Of a stretch of DNA of 24,924 nucleotides, positions 8,442 through 16,048 are shown one piece after another. Under the pieces are notes generated by a model. The model did no database searches, was not told where the DNA came from, and saw nothing but the letters and a program-made list of their open reading frames with translations. Numbering within the stretch: the stretch's first letter is position 1; each line of letters opens with the position of its first letter. Made by a program: the position numbers and the translations under genes. This DNA is from Candidatus Micrarchaeota archaeon (GTDB lineage: Archaea; Micrarchaeota; Micrarchaeia; Anstonellales; Anstonellaceae), in the NCBI GenBank assembly GCA_043810635.1, contig JBDRNY010000085.1, positions 1 through 24,924 on the forward strand, written 5' to 3'.

Positions 8442-9500
8442 ATGTCGTTAACAGAATCCATTCTTACCCTTGCCCGCTCCTGGCTCAAAAAAGAGGATGA
8501 ATGGGCATCTTTAGCCAAGCGCCTTAGGTTCAATTCAGGAAAAATACAATTTAAAGAAGCGCTTGAGCAAAATTTAATTTACCCCACAAATGCAAAAAAG
8601 CCCGAAGGAGCTTTTGCGGCAATAGACGGCGGCATTGCAGGGGAGGAATTCCATGGATTGGATATAATTATTTCCCGCTCATTAGCTGCAAAATTTGAAT
8701 ATAAAAACGGAATTCTCTCCTCCCACAAATATTTCCCTTCCTCACGCCCTGAATTTGAATTAAATGCAAAAAGCGGCTTGGAGCAGTTTGACAAATTAAG
8801 GTTTACCTCACTCATCCGCCTCCGCTCTGAATTAAATTGTGCAATAAATGCATTGGAAAACTGGCCTCTTTCCCATCTTTTGCTCGACGGCTCAATTGCC
8901 CCGTTAGTTGCAGACAAGCCCCCCCATGATTCTGAATTAGTAGAGCTTTACAGCGAGGTAATTTCTTTTTACCACAAACTATACAAATTATCAGAAGAAA
9001 AAAATGTAAATTTAATCGGAGTAATGAAAGACAGCCGGGGAAGGAGGTTTACTGAAATGCTTGCCCGCTCAGCAGCAGAATCTGCCCCTTCCCTTTCCCA
9101 CACTTCAGACACCCTTTTCCTTGACCATTTATTAGAAGAAGGCGAGCGCACATTTGCATTCCGCTACTCTTCCGCCCCTTCCAAAAATCCCGTGCTAAAA
9201 GATTTGGGAAAATGGGCGGAAAAAATATTAACATTTTACATAAAGCCGGTAAAAGGAGACCGCCCCCTAAGAATTGAATTTTTGTCAAATTCTTCCTCTT
9301 TTGATGAAATTGCAAATACAATGGCAGGCTTATGCTCCCTCCACCCCCATTATGCCTACCCGGCAATTTTAATAGAAGCAGATTTGCGCGCTGCAATAGA
9401 TTCAAATGAAGCATCGCATGTAATTGCGGATTTGCACACCAAGCTTGGAAAAAACAGGCCATTAATGCAATTAAGAAGAAATTCCCGCCCTTTTAGATAA
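8442..9500 (+). CDS. nurA: DNA double-strand break repair nuclease NurA
   Basis: AAIDGG and LLLDGS acidic motifs, R..E, GV.KDS, D..F....L..GER, PLRIEF, YAYP..L.EAD..A C-terminal motif. Confidence 0.93.
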   Translation: MSLTESILTLARSWLKKEDEWASLAKRLRFNSGKIQFKEALEQNLIYPTNAKKPEGAFAAIDGGIAGEEFHGLDIIISRSLAAKFEYKNGILSSHKYFPSSRPEFELNAKSGLEQFDKLRFTSLIRLRSELNCAINALENWPLSHLLLDGSIAPLVADKPPHDSELVELYSEVISFYHKLYKLSEEKNVNLIGVMKDSRGRRFTEMLARSAAESAPSLSHTSDTLFLDHLLEEGERTFAFRYSSAPSKNPVLKDLGKWAEKILTFYIKPVKGDRPLRIEFLSNSSSFDEIANTMAGLCSLHPHYAYPAILIEADLRAAIDSNEASHVIADLHTKLGKNRPLMQLRRNSRPFR

Positions 9501-9505
9501 AATAC

Positions 9506-9580
9506 CAGTGGAAAGTTACCCCCTCCAAACTTCTAAATAAACCCCCTTCTTTCTTTTATTGGTGTTAATTTGCCATCTGA
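9506..9580 (+). repeat. 75-bp direct repeat copy A (motif copy 3 + TATA + GGTG SD + TTG)
   Basis: 60/75 ungapped identity with 10302-10376 by manual alignment. Confidence 0.9.
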
Positions 9581-9619
9581 AAATTGCACATGCATCCCAA
9601 TTCTTCCAAAAAGCAAGCA

Positions 9620-9646
9620 TTTAAATAGTTATATAAACTTATATAA
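9620..9646 (+). promoter_or_regulatory. TATA box and tandem palindromic TTATATAA sites (putative autoregulatory operator)
   Basis: TTTAAATA 9620-9627; TTATATAA at 9629-9636 and 9639-9646 (10-bp period); ATG at 9651. Confidence 0.55.
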
Positions 9647-9650
9647 TTCT

Positions 9651-9923
9651 ATGAGGAAGAAAAAATTCAGCATTTTGCACTACCCGAGGCTTGACACCGT
9701 ATTAATGATAGAAAATTTTATACGCAAGCATTCCGGGGAATTTAAAAAAACCCAGCTGTGGAAAAAGCTCCCAAGAAAGACAATGTACCAGACATATAAT
9801 ACTGTGCTGGGCTATCTTGCCGACTCATCCAAAATTTCAATAGACAGCAAGGGAAAGATAGGCTGGATATACAACCCCGCTCTTGCGAAAAAATTCCTTT
9901 CCAAGGGCGTTGTGGTTAAATGA
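9651..9923 (+). CDS. small basic winged-helix-like protein, putative antitoxin/regulator
   Basis: 90 aa from ATG 9651 (track extends to TTG 9570); helices then a beta-hairpin (YL....KI.ID..GKI.WI); ATGA overlap with the downstream RelE-like gene. Confidence 0.75.
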   Translation: MRKKKFSILHYPRLDTVLMIENFIRKHSGEFKKTQLWKKLPRKTMYQTYNTVLGYLADSSKISIDSKGKIGWIYNPALAKKFLSKGVVVK

Positions 9924-10273
9924 AAAGGCAGACTGATAAAAAGGTAAAAATCGTTTTTGCGGATGAGAAGACGCATTCTGCCTACCTTAAATTAAAAAAT
10001 TCAAGGTTTGCTTATGAAAGGAAAATGCATTCGCTGATTTCAGAAGCGATTGGCGAAATAAAAACAAACCCTTTTTGCGGAGTGGAAGTTCCGCACAAGC
10101 TTATCCCTCGGGAATATTTCAGAAAATATGGCGTTGACAACCTGTGGAAATACAATCTTTCCAAGGAGTGGAGGCTCATCTATTCCAATATAGGGGATGA
10201 TGTGCAAATCCTATCTGTTATTCTGGAATGGTTTGACAGCCATAAAAAATATGAGCGAAGGTTTGGCTATTGA
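9920..10273 (+). CDS. RelE/ParE-superfamily putative mRNase toxin
   Basis: 117 aa, basic; I..NP..G, NLWKYNL...WRLIY, final strand and H..YER pattern fit the RelE/YoeB/HigB fold; coupled to the upstream small gene. Confidence 0.75.
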   Translation: MKRQTDKKVKIVFADEKTHSAYLKLKNSRFAYERKMHSLISEAIGEIKTNPFCGVEVPHKLIPREYFRKYGVDNLWKYNLSKEWRLIYSNIGDDVQILSVILEWFDSHKKYERRFGY

Positions 10274-10301
10274 TTCATTCCCAGTCTTTTAGGTAATCAT
10301 T

Positions 10302-10376
10302 CAGTGGAAACCTACCCCTTCCAAACTTTTAACTAACTTCCCTGCTTCGTATTATAGGTGTTAATTTGGCTTCTGA
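10302..10376 (+). repeat. 75-bp direct repeat copy B (motif copy 4 + TATA + GGTG SD + TTG)
   Basis: 60/75 ungapped identity with 9506-9580. Confidence 0.9.
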
Positions 10377-10434
10377 GAGTAATACCAATTTAAATACTTT
10401 TTCCTACAAAGTTATACTAAATAGGTGTTTTAGT

Positions 10435-10698
10435 ATGACTCATATATATGAAAAAGGCCAATTGGTTATTCCAAAATATTTCCGGGATTTGCTGGGCTGG
10501 GTTGCAAATACAGAGGTGAAATTTGAGGTAAAAGGAAACAAGCTCATAGTGCAGAGAAAAACTTCGGTTGTGGATGAGATTGAGCAAATGGCAAAAGAGT
10601 GGAAATTAGACATGCCTGATGATGTGGACGAATTTTACAATAAAGTTGTCGAAAAAGAGACGAGGCAAAAATACAAGAAAATGGGATTTGATTTCTGA
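10435..10698 (+). CDS. AbrB/MazE/SpoVT-family antitoxin (VapB-type)
   Basis: KGQLVIPK.FR..LG.....EV.F.V.GNKLIV motif, acidic C-terminal half; AGGTG SD before ATG 10435; own TATA TTTAAATA at 10389-10396. Confidence 0.92.
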   Translation: MTHIYEKGQLVIPKYFRDLLGWVANTEVKFEVKGNKLIVQRKTSVVDEIEQMAKEWKLDMPDDVDEFYNKVVEKETRQKYKKMGFDF

Positions 10699-11093
10699 TG
10701 TTTATAGATACGAATATTTTTGTCGGCGCATATTGCTCATTTGACAAAAAAGGGGGAAAATGCAGAAACTTCCTAAGGTGCATAGAATCCGGAGAGCAAA
10801 ATTCATCCACCTCAGTACTTGTGCTTGACGAAACCCTGAAGACACTGTCAAATCTGTCGGGAGAAAAGAGGGCCATATCTGCAGTGAATAAAATTTTAGA
10901 GATATCCAACCTTGAGGTTTTCGCTGTAGATAAGGAAGATTTTGAAAACTGCCTTGAATATTTCAAGCAGTCAATGGATGTGCATGATTCCCTGCATCTG
11001 GCAGTCATGAAAAAGAACGGAATAAAAGCAATCCTCTCTTATGACAAGGATTTTGATTTGGCAAAGGGGATAAAAAGAATAGAGCCGAAATGA
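10698..11093 (+). CDS. vapC: PIN-domain ribonuclease toxin (VapC family)
   Basis: FIDTNIF, VLDE, DSLHLA, SYDKDFD: the acidic PIN active-site positions are present; TGATG overlap with the antitoxin. Confidence 0.93.
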   Translation: MFIDTNIFVGAYCSFDKKGGKCRNFLRCIESGEQNSSTSVLVLDETLKTLSNLSGEKRAISAVNKILEISNLEVFAVDKEDFENCLEYFKQSMDVHDSLHLAVMKKNGIKAILSYDKDFDLAKGIKRIEPK

Positions 11094-11161
11094 TTTTTGC
11101 CTGGAGCAATAATTATAATCTCCTTGTTTTGCCTGCCAGCCGGTTTCTTTTGTGTTTCCGT

Positions 11162-11193
11162 ATTAGTTTCTATATTAATTAGTTTCTATATTA
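11162..11193. repeat. perfect 16-bp tandem duplication ATTAGTTTCTATATTA x2
   Basis: 11162-11177 and 11178-11193; the second copy overlaps the regulator's stop codon. Confidence 0.9.
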
Positions 11194-11566
11194 TAGAGCA
11201 TGAAACTGAATTAATATTTTTCATGTTTTGAATCCCTCTGAATAGGTCTCTTAGTTTGCCTGCGTCCCCTTCTGCGATGAGAATGTCCAGGCATCCTTTT
11301 TTTGAATGATGATGAAGCACGGTTTTGACAATATCCCCAAACCCGCGGATTGAGGCTGTTGCATCTGACATGTGCACCGAACGATGGCTAATCATGAAAA
11401 CAACAGTATGGACTCCTTTGAGCTCGGAGAGGATTTTGTACTGGTTTAGGAGGGAAGTTAAGGCAGTGCGAATAATCTTTGACCTGCTTTTAATTTTTGT
11501 AAGCTCCATGGCTCTATTAATTTCCTGCACTTTTTCCGGCTCAAGGGAGACACTTATAATTTCCAA
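11186..11566 (-). CDS. NikR-like ribbon-helix-helix metal-responsive regulator
   Basis: IISVSL...SRSKIIR.AL RHH domain plus ACT-like domain with LHHH....CLDI...GD; TTG start with GGCGGT SD. Confidence 0.88.
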   Translation of the reverse strand: MEIISVSLEPEKVQEINRAMELTKIKSRSKIIRTALTSLLNQYKILSELKGVHTVVFMISHRSVHMSDATASIRGFGDIVKTVLHHHSKKGCLDILIAEGDAGKLRDLFRGIQNMKNINSVSCSII

Positions 11567-11578
11567 AAATACCGCCTT

Positions 11579-11638
11579 TTATTAACTATGCAATGTTTTC
11601 CATGGGAAAGTTAATAACTTATATGCTAAAGTTAATAA
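11579..11638. promoter_or_regulatory. putative operator array between regulator and ABC operon
   Basis: TTATTAACT (11579-11587) is inverted relative to AGTTAATAA (11609-11617 and 11630-11638); the last two flank TATA-like CTTATATG. Confidence 0.65.
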
Positions 11639-11672
11639 TCCTCTTTCTTCTATTTCATAATGGGGGATTAAG

Positions 11673-12575
11673 ATGAAGAAACTAATAGGTATAGCGCTTA
11701 TGCTTTTTATTCTGCTTTTTGGCTGCACCGCACCGGAAGGGCAATATGGGGAGGCGGCTGGTGATGGAAAGATAAGAATATTGGTAAGCATTCTGCCCCA
11801 AAAAGAATTTGTAAAATCCGTTGGGGGGGATTATGTGGATGTAAAAGAGCTTGTTCCTCCAGGCGCAAGCCCTGCTACATATGAGCTTAAGCCTGCAGAC
11901 CTGATTGCTATTGAGAATGCTGGCATATACTTTAGAATCGGGCATATTCCGTTTGAAAAAGCATATATTGGAAAAATTGAATCCGCAAACCCTGATTTGG
12001 AAGTTGTTGATACTTCAAAGAATGCCGAACTTATATATTTCGGAGGAGGCAGCGGGGAAGCGCATTCGCATGATGAGGGCAGGGCTGACCCCCATATATG
12101 GCTTTCCCCGAGGAGAGTTGCGCAGCAGGTTGAAATTATTTACAAAACACTTGCAGAAAAAGACCCGGAGCATGAAGACTATTACAGGCAAAATGCGGAT
12201 GAATATATTGAAAAGCTCAAGAAGCTGGATGAGGGGCTGAATAAAACTTTTGAAAGCATGGAAGGCAAAAAAGTTCTGGTTTTCCACCCTGCATGGGGAT
12301 ATTTCTGCCATGATTACGGGCTTGAGCAGATTGCGATAGAGCCGGAAGGAAAAGAGCCGACAGCAAAGCAGCTGAAGAATATAATAGATATTGCAAAAAG
12401 TGAGGATATTAAAGTGGTTTTTGTCCAAAAGCAATTTAGTACAACCGCAGCCAGCTCGGTTGCAGATGAGATTGGCGGCGTGGTTGTGCATATTGACCCG
12501 TTGGCTGAGAATTATTTGGAAAGCATGCAAAATGTTGGGGAAGCAATATCTGCAGGGCTGGAAAACAGGGAATAA
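11673..12575 (+). CDS. znuA: Zn/Mn ABC transporter substrate-binding lipoprotein (ZnuA/TroA cluster A-I)
   Basis: Signal peptide with LLFGC lipobox, PPGASP.TYE, HSH loop, DPHIWLSP, FHPAWGYF..DYGL.Q, GKEP. Confidence 0.92.
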   Translation: MKKLIGIALMLFILLFGCTAPEGQYGEAAGDGKIRILVSILPQKEFVKSVGGDYVDVKELVPPGASPATYELKPADLIAIENAGIYFRIGHIPFEKAYIGKIESANPDLEVVDTSKNAELIYFGGGSGEAHSHDEGRADPHIWLSPRRVAQQVEIIYKTLAEKDPEHEDYYRQNADEYIEKLKKLDEGLNKTFESMEGKKVLVFHPAWGYFCHDYGLEQIAIEPEGKEPTAKQLKNIIDIAKSEDIKVVFVQKQFSTTAASSVADEIGGVVVHIDPLAENYLESMQNVGEAISAGLENRE

Positions 12576-12577
12576 GC

Positions 12578-13282
12578 ATGAAAAAAAAGCCTATTATAGA
12601 ATTGGATAACGTGTCTTTTACATACGGCAGCTCGCCTTTTTTGGAAAATGTCAGCCTTAAAATTTATGAAAAGGATTTTATAGGGCTTGTAGGGCCGAAC
12701 GGGGGCGGGAAAACAACCTTAATACAGCTTATCCTGGGGCTTTTGGAGCCAAAGAAGGGCAAAATCAGGGTATTTGGAAAAAAGCCAAAAGATGGCAGGG
12801 GGCAAATAGGGTATCTGTCACAGCATGAAAATGTTGATTTTGATTTTCCAATAACAGTTGAGGAAATTGCACTCAGCGGAAGAATGAATGGAAAGGCAGT
12901 CAAATATTTCAATGAAGAAGACCGGGAAACCGTTGCAAGGGTATTAAAGCGCCTAAACCTCTCCCCTCTTGCAAAAAGAAAACTGAATGAATTGTCGGGG
13001 GGAGAAAAGCAAAGGGCATTTATTGCAAGGGCTCTTGGTGCAAACCCGAAAATTCTTCTGCTTGACGAGCCGGTTTCAAATGTAGACATTAAATTGAGCG
13101 ATGATTTTTTCGCCCTTTTAAAAGAGCTGAACAAAGAAATTGCAATAATTGTTGCAGAGCACAATCTCCAAATGCTTTCAAAATATGCCAAAAAGGTTGT
13201 CTGCATCAACAAATGCAACTTCCATGGCGTAAGGTATCATGATTTGCAGGAATTGAAGGGCAAAAAAATACACGATCTTTGA
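12578..13282 (+). CDS. znuC: metal ABC transporter ATP-binding protein
   Basis: Walker A GPNGGGKT, FPITV, LSGGEKQR, Walker B LLLDEP. Confidence 0.93.
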   Translation: MKKKPIIELDNVSFTYGSSPFLENVSLKIYEKDFIGLVGPNGGGKTTLIQLILGLLEPKKGKIRVFGKKPKDGRGQIGYLSQHENVDFDFPITVEEIALSGRMNGKAVKYFNEEDRETVARVLKRLNLSPLAKRKLNELSGGEKQRAFIARALGANPKILLLDEPVSNVDIKLSDDFFALLKELNKEIAIIVAEHNLQMLSKYAKKVVCINKCNFHGVRYHDLQELKGKKIHDL

Positions 13283-14097
13283 GGGATATGATGGTTTTTG
13301 AACTGCTCGAATATCATTTTTTCCAAAATGCAGTTATGGTTGCCGTTCTTGTATCAATTGCAAGCGGAATTGTCGGGGCGTATATAACAGTCAAGCGAAT
13401 GTCCCTGATAACCGGCAGCATTGCCCACGGGGCTTTTGGAGGGCTTGGCGCCGGCTACTTTCTCGGCATAAATCCGTTTGCAGGGGCAGTTGCCTTCAGC
13501 ATACTTAGTGCGTTTGCAATCACTTATGCACACGAAAAAGCAAGGAAAAGGCTTGATGCGCTGCTGAGCCTTATCTGGGCTTTTGGAATGGCATTGGGCC
13601 TGCTGTTTATTTTCATGACGCCAGGATATGCAGGGGACCTGTTTTCCTATCTTTTTGGAAATATCCTGCTTGTAAGCAATTTTGATTTGATTCTGACTGC
13701 CGCGCTTGTTTTTGCAGTAGTTTTGTGCACAGCGCTTTTTTACAACCTTTTTCTGAGCGTTTCTTTTGATGAGGAATATGCAAAAGTTTCAAACATGCCT
13801 GTTAATTTTGCCTATCTCGCCATGTTCGGGTTGATTGCCCTTGTTGTGGTTATGGTTATCCAGGTTGTAGGAATTGTGCTTATGATCGGCCTTCTTACAG
13901 TCCCTGCGGCAACAGCACAGCTCTTTGAAAGGACGATAAAAAGGATTATGGCTTTGGCGATATTAATTTCACTTGCATGCTCGCTTTCCGGCCTGGTTCT
14001 TGCATATTATGTTGATTTCCCCCCCGGGCCGCTAATAATCCTGCTGATTTCCCTTGTTTATATGATTGGTATCGCGTATAAAAGATTGCTGAAATAA
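13279..14097 (+). CDS. znuB: metal ABC transporter permease (ABC-3)
   Basis: IAH.AFGG, YLFGNIL, SFDEEYA, VGIVL..GLL.VPA motifs; start TTG 13279 or ATG 13288/13291. Confidence 0.93.
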   Translation: MRDMMVFELLEYHFFQNAVMVAVLVSIASGIVGAYITVKRMSLITGSIAHGAFGGLGAGYFLGINPFAGAVAFSILSAFAITYAHEKARKRLDALLSLIWAFGMALGLLFIFMTPGYAGDLFSYLFGNILLVSNFDLILTAALVFAVVLCTALFYNLFLSVSFDEEYAKVSNMPVNFAYLAMFGLIALVVVMVIQVVGIVLMIGLLTVPAATAQLFERTIKRIMALAILISLACSLSGLVLAYYVDFPPGPLIILLISLVYMIGIAYKRLLK

Positions 14098-14241
14098 TTA
14101 TTCACAGCTTCTAATTTTTGAGCATTTCTCCTTGTATGCGCAATTCCCGCATTTCCCCTCACTCATGCTTTGCTTCAGCATTTTGTATGCAAAAACAGCA
14201 GAAAAAATTCCAGCCAAATAAAACAAAATTTCTTCAATCAT
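14098..14241 (-). CDS. FeoB-associated Cys-rich small membrane protein (47 aa)
   Basis: Not in ORF track. MIEEILFYLAGIFSAVFAYKMLKQSMSEGKCGNCAYKEKCSKIRSCE*; one TM helix then CxxC-x5-C-x5-C; starts 1 nt after the feoB stop. Confidence 0.85.
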   Translation of the reverse strand: MIEEILFYLAGIFSAVFAYKMLKQSMSEGKCGNCAYKEKCSKIRSCE

Positions 14242-14242
14242 T

Positions 14243-16048
14243 TTAACCAAATCCTAAAGCCATCCCTATTTGGTAAATTGCGCATGCCAAAATCCATGCA
14301 AGTGCCAGAGTATACCCAATTGCAAACAAAGCCCATTTCCAGCTTTTTGTTTCGTTTCTTATTGCTGCAATTGCCGCAATGCATGGCATATAAACAAGCG
14401 AGAATATCATAAACGCATAAGCGGAAAGAGGGGTAAACTTATTTGCAATAATCTCCCCCAGTGCTCCCTCCTCAGCCCCGTATAAAACCCCCATTGTGCT
14501 TACCACCACCTCTTTTGCCATTGCCCCAAAAAACAAAGATACTGCAGATTCCCAGTTTCCAAACCCGCACGGCTCAAATATTGGCGCAACAATTCCTCCA
14601 ACCATTCCGATATAACTCTGCTTGGATGCATATTCCACCCCAAACGGCATGCTTGCCAAAAACCAGATAAGAATTGAAAGTGTGAGTATCACCCCTCCCG
14701 CCTTTTTTACAAACTGCATTCCTTTTTCAAAAGTCTGCCTAAGCACGCTTTCCCAGCATGGAATCCTGTAGGGGGGCAATTCAATCAATAAATGGGGCGG
14801 GTTTTTTTTCCTGAATATAACTCTGCTCAAAACATATGCCACAATTATTGCGAGCACAATTCCTGTCAAATATATTGAAAGAAGAACAAGCCCCTGATTT
14901 TGGGCAAAAAACACCCCGACAAACAATGTGTAAATAGGCAGCCTTGCAGAACATGACATCAGCGGATTTATCAATATTGCAATAAGCCTTTCCTTCTCAT
15001 CTTCCAAAATTCTTGTTGCCATAATCGCGGGCACATTGCATCCAAACCCCAGCACCAGGGGTATAAATGCCTTCCCTTCCAGCCCGATTTTTTGCATCAA
15101 GCCATCCATAATCACTGCAATGCGTGCAAAATAGCCAGTATCCTCAAGCAGGAGCAAAAGGAAAAATAAAATCAGAATAGTTGGCAAAAACATCAATACT
15201 GCCCCAACGCCCCCAACTATCCCTTCTGAAAAAAGCGAGCCTGCCCATCCCCCAAGCCCTGCGCTCTCAAGAGCCTGGACTGCAAACCCGCCAAATTGGG
15301 CAAAAGAGGAATCTATAATATCCATAAAAGGCGCTGCAAGGGTAAATGTAAGCTGGAAAACAGCCCACATTACAAAAATAAATATTGGAATTGCAAGCCA
15401 TTTGTTCATAACAATTCCATCAATTTTCCTGCTTCTTTCCCTAATTTTCAGCGGCTTTTTGATTGTTTTTTGTGCAACTTCGGCTATAAGCGCATACCTT
15501 TCTTTTGCACTTATCTCATGCTCTGCTTTTACTGCATCTTTTGCCGGCTTTTTTCTGGCTTTGCTTTTCATGCATTCATCCATCAGCTCTTTTATCCCGT
15601 CCCCGCATTTTGCAGAAATTTTCACCGCCCTTATGCCAAGAAGCCCGGAAATCTTTTTTTCATCTATTTCAATTCCCTTCCTCTTCGTCACATCGCTCAT
15701 ATTAAGCGCAAGCACAACATTCTGCTTTTTTTCCAAAAGCTGCATTGTAAGGTACAGATTTCTTTCAAGGTTTGTTGAATCTGCAATATGGATTATAACA
15801 TCCGGCTTTTTTTCAGAAATATATTTGTTTGCAACAATCTCTTCCGGCGAGTTTGAGCTGAGGCTGTAAACTCCGGGCAGGTCAATTATCCTTACTTTTT
15901 TCTCCCCGCTTCTGTACACTCCTTCCTTTATTTCAACTGTTTTTCCGGGCCAGTTTCCGATTTTCTGAGCCCCGCCGGTAAGCCTGTTGAACAAAGTGGA
16001 TTTCCCGACATTCGGGTTCCCTACAATGGCTATTTTTTTTACTTTCAT
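14243..16048 (-). CDS. feoB: ferrous iron transport protein B
   Basis: G1 GNPNVGKS, G2 NWPGKT, G3 DLPG, G4 NMxD; membrane motifs GFGCNVPA, MSCSARLP, ELPPY, AKEVVV, YMPC. Confidence 0.97.
   Translation of the reverse strand: MKVKKIAIVGNPNVGKSTLFNRLTGGAQKIGNWPGKTVEIKEGVYRSGEKKVRIIDLPGVYSLSSNSPEEIVANKYISEKKPDVIIHIADSTNLERNLYLTMQLLEKKQNVVLALNMSDVTKRKGIEIDEKKISGLLGIRAVKISAKCGDGIKELMDECMKSKARKKPAKDAVKAEHEISAKERYALIAEVAQKTIKKPLKIRERSRKIDGIVMNKWLAIPIFIFVMWAVFQLTFTLAAPFMDIIDSSFAQFGGFAVQALESAGLGGWAGSLFSEGIVGGVGAVLMFLPTILILFFLLLLLEDTGYFARIAVIMDGLMQKIGLEGKAFIPLVLGFGCNVPAIMATRILEDEKERLIAILINPLMSCSARLPIYTLFVGVFFAQNQGLVLLSIYLTGIVLAIIVAYVLSRVIFRKKNPPHLLIELPPYRIPCWESVLRQTFEKGMQFVKKAGGVILTLSILIWFLASMPFGVEYASKQSYIGMVGGIVAPIFEPCGFGNWESAVSLFFGAMAKEVVVSTMGVLYGAEEGALGEIIANKFTPLSAYAFMIFSLVYMPCIAAIAAIRNETKSWKWALFAIGYTLALAWILACAIYQIGMALGFG

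Noticed and set aside
3773..10335. Replication origin from the ORB-like CCAGTGGAAA sites
   Set aside because: Copies are dispersed over 6.5 kb, co-oriented and each tied to a promoter; there is no inverted ORB pair around an AT-rich unwinding element, no downstream G-string and no orc1/cdc6 gene in the window.
9506..10376. CRISPR array or integron attC sites
   Set aside because: Only two long copies ~796 bp apart, not palindromic like attC, with no short unique spacers and no cas or integrase gene.
11602..11613. Fifth copy of the shared promoter motif (ATGGGAAAGTTA)
   Set aside because: It lacks the C-string/TCCAA half and is better explained by the AGTTAATAA operator repeats.
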